Shown: piece by piece, positions 63,580 to 64,000 of the stretch
Layout of the letters: every line of letters begins with the position of its first letter
Numbering within the stretch: position 1 is the first letter of the stretch
Assembly (NCBI RefSeq): GCF_018350175.1
Contig: NC_058382.1
Span: 49,726,001-49,790,000, forward strand
DNA length: 64,000 bases
DNA from: Felis catus
Lineage: Eukaryota
Direction: 5' to 3'
Notes under the pieces: model-generated
Database searches by the model: none
The model's input: only the letters and a program-made list of their open reading frames with translations
What the model was told of the DNA's origin: nothing
Translations under genes and position numbers: made by a program

Positions 63580-63725
63580 GAGTGAGGGAGGGGCGGGGGT
63601 GGGGTGGGGTGGGGTGGAGAGGATCCCAAGCATAACTCAGGACTTGAACTCACAAACTGTGAGATCATGACCTGAGCCAAAACCAAGAGTTGGACACTTA
63701 ATCAAATGAGCCAGCCAGGCATCCT
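63501..63725 (-). mobile_element. Can-SINE
   Basis: TSD ta(g/c)tttaattctt. Confidence 0.9.
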
Positions 63726-63859
63726 AGGATTACTTTAATTCTTGAAAAGTCTCTTTTTGGTAAAGGCTTTCAGAGGGGAAACACAAATCAAACTAGCACA
63801 TTACGAAAATCTAGTTAATGTCATGACTGTGCAGAAGACCTTGATGAATACCAGTAATG

Positions 63860-64000
63860 GTGTGTAGAAATGGGCCCTCTCACGTAACACGGGAGAGACT
63901 TCAAATTGGTACTATTTGGCCACATCTATTAGGATTTAAGTTGCATATATGTGATGACCCAGCAATCCCATTTCTAAGAATCTGTCCCCCAGAAATAACA
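63860..64000 (+). mobile_element. L1M fragment running off the window edge
   Basis: 'atgacccagcaatcccatttctaagaatct'. Confidence 0.65.

Noticed and set aside
1..64000. tRNA genes, CRISPR arrays, operons or other prokaryotic systems
   Set aside because: DNA is mammalian; tRNA-like A/B boxes belong to SINE heads, and the recurring repeats are dispersed retroposons.

Overview
Mammalian genomic DNA from a carnivore, most likely a felid: it carries about 50 Can-SINE copies, several of the young feline type. The window looks intronic or intergenic. I found no protein-coding gene I can name; the listed ORFs come from SINEs, microsatellites or decayed L1. Most of the sequence is interspersed repeat: Can-SINEs, old L1/L2/MIR, solo LTRs (ERV1- and MaLR-type) and hAT/Tigger DNA-transposon relics, often nested, with target-site duplications (TSDs) still readable. 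I see no evidence of a new biological system. The best-supported notable observations are: (1) a tailless U2 snRNA 5'-fragment retropseudogene with a perfect 17-bp TSD at 42728-42760; (2) an exact 25-bp copy of nearby L1 DNA replacing part of a SINE at 41264-41288; (3) a 733-nt almost pure purine tract expanded inside a SINE; (4) structurally atypical L1 insertions; (5) repeat-free blocks that look like enhancers; (6) low-confidence minus-strand small exon candidates. Repeat subfamily names are recognised from memory, not from a database search. Boundaries are approximate unless a TSD is quoted.
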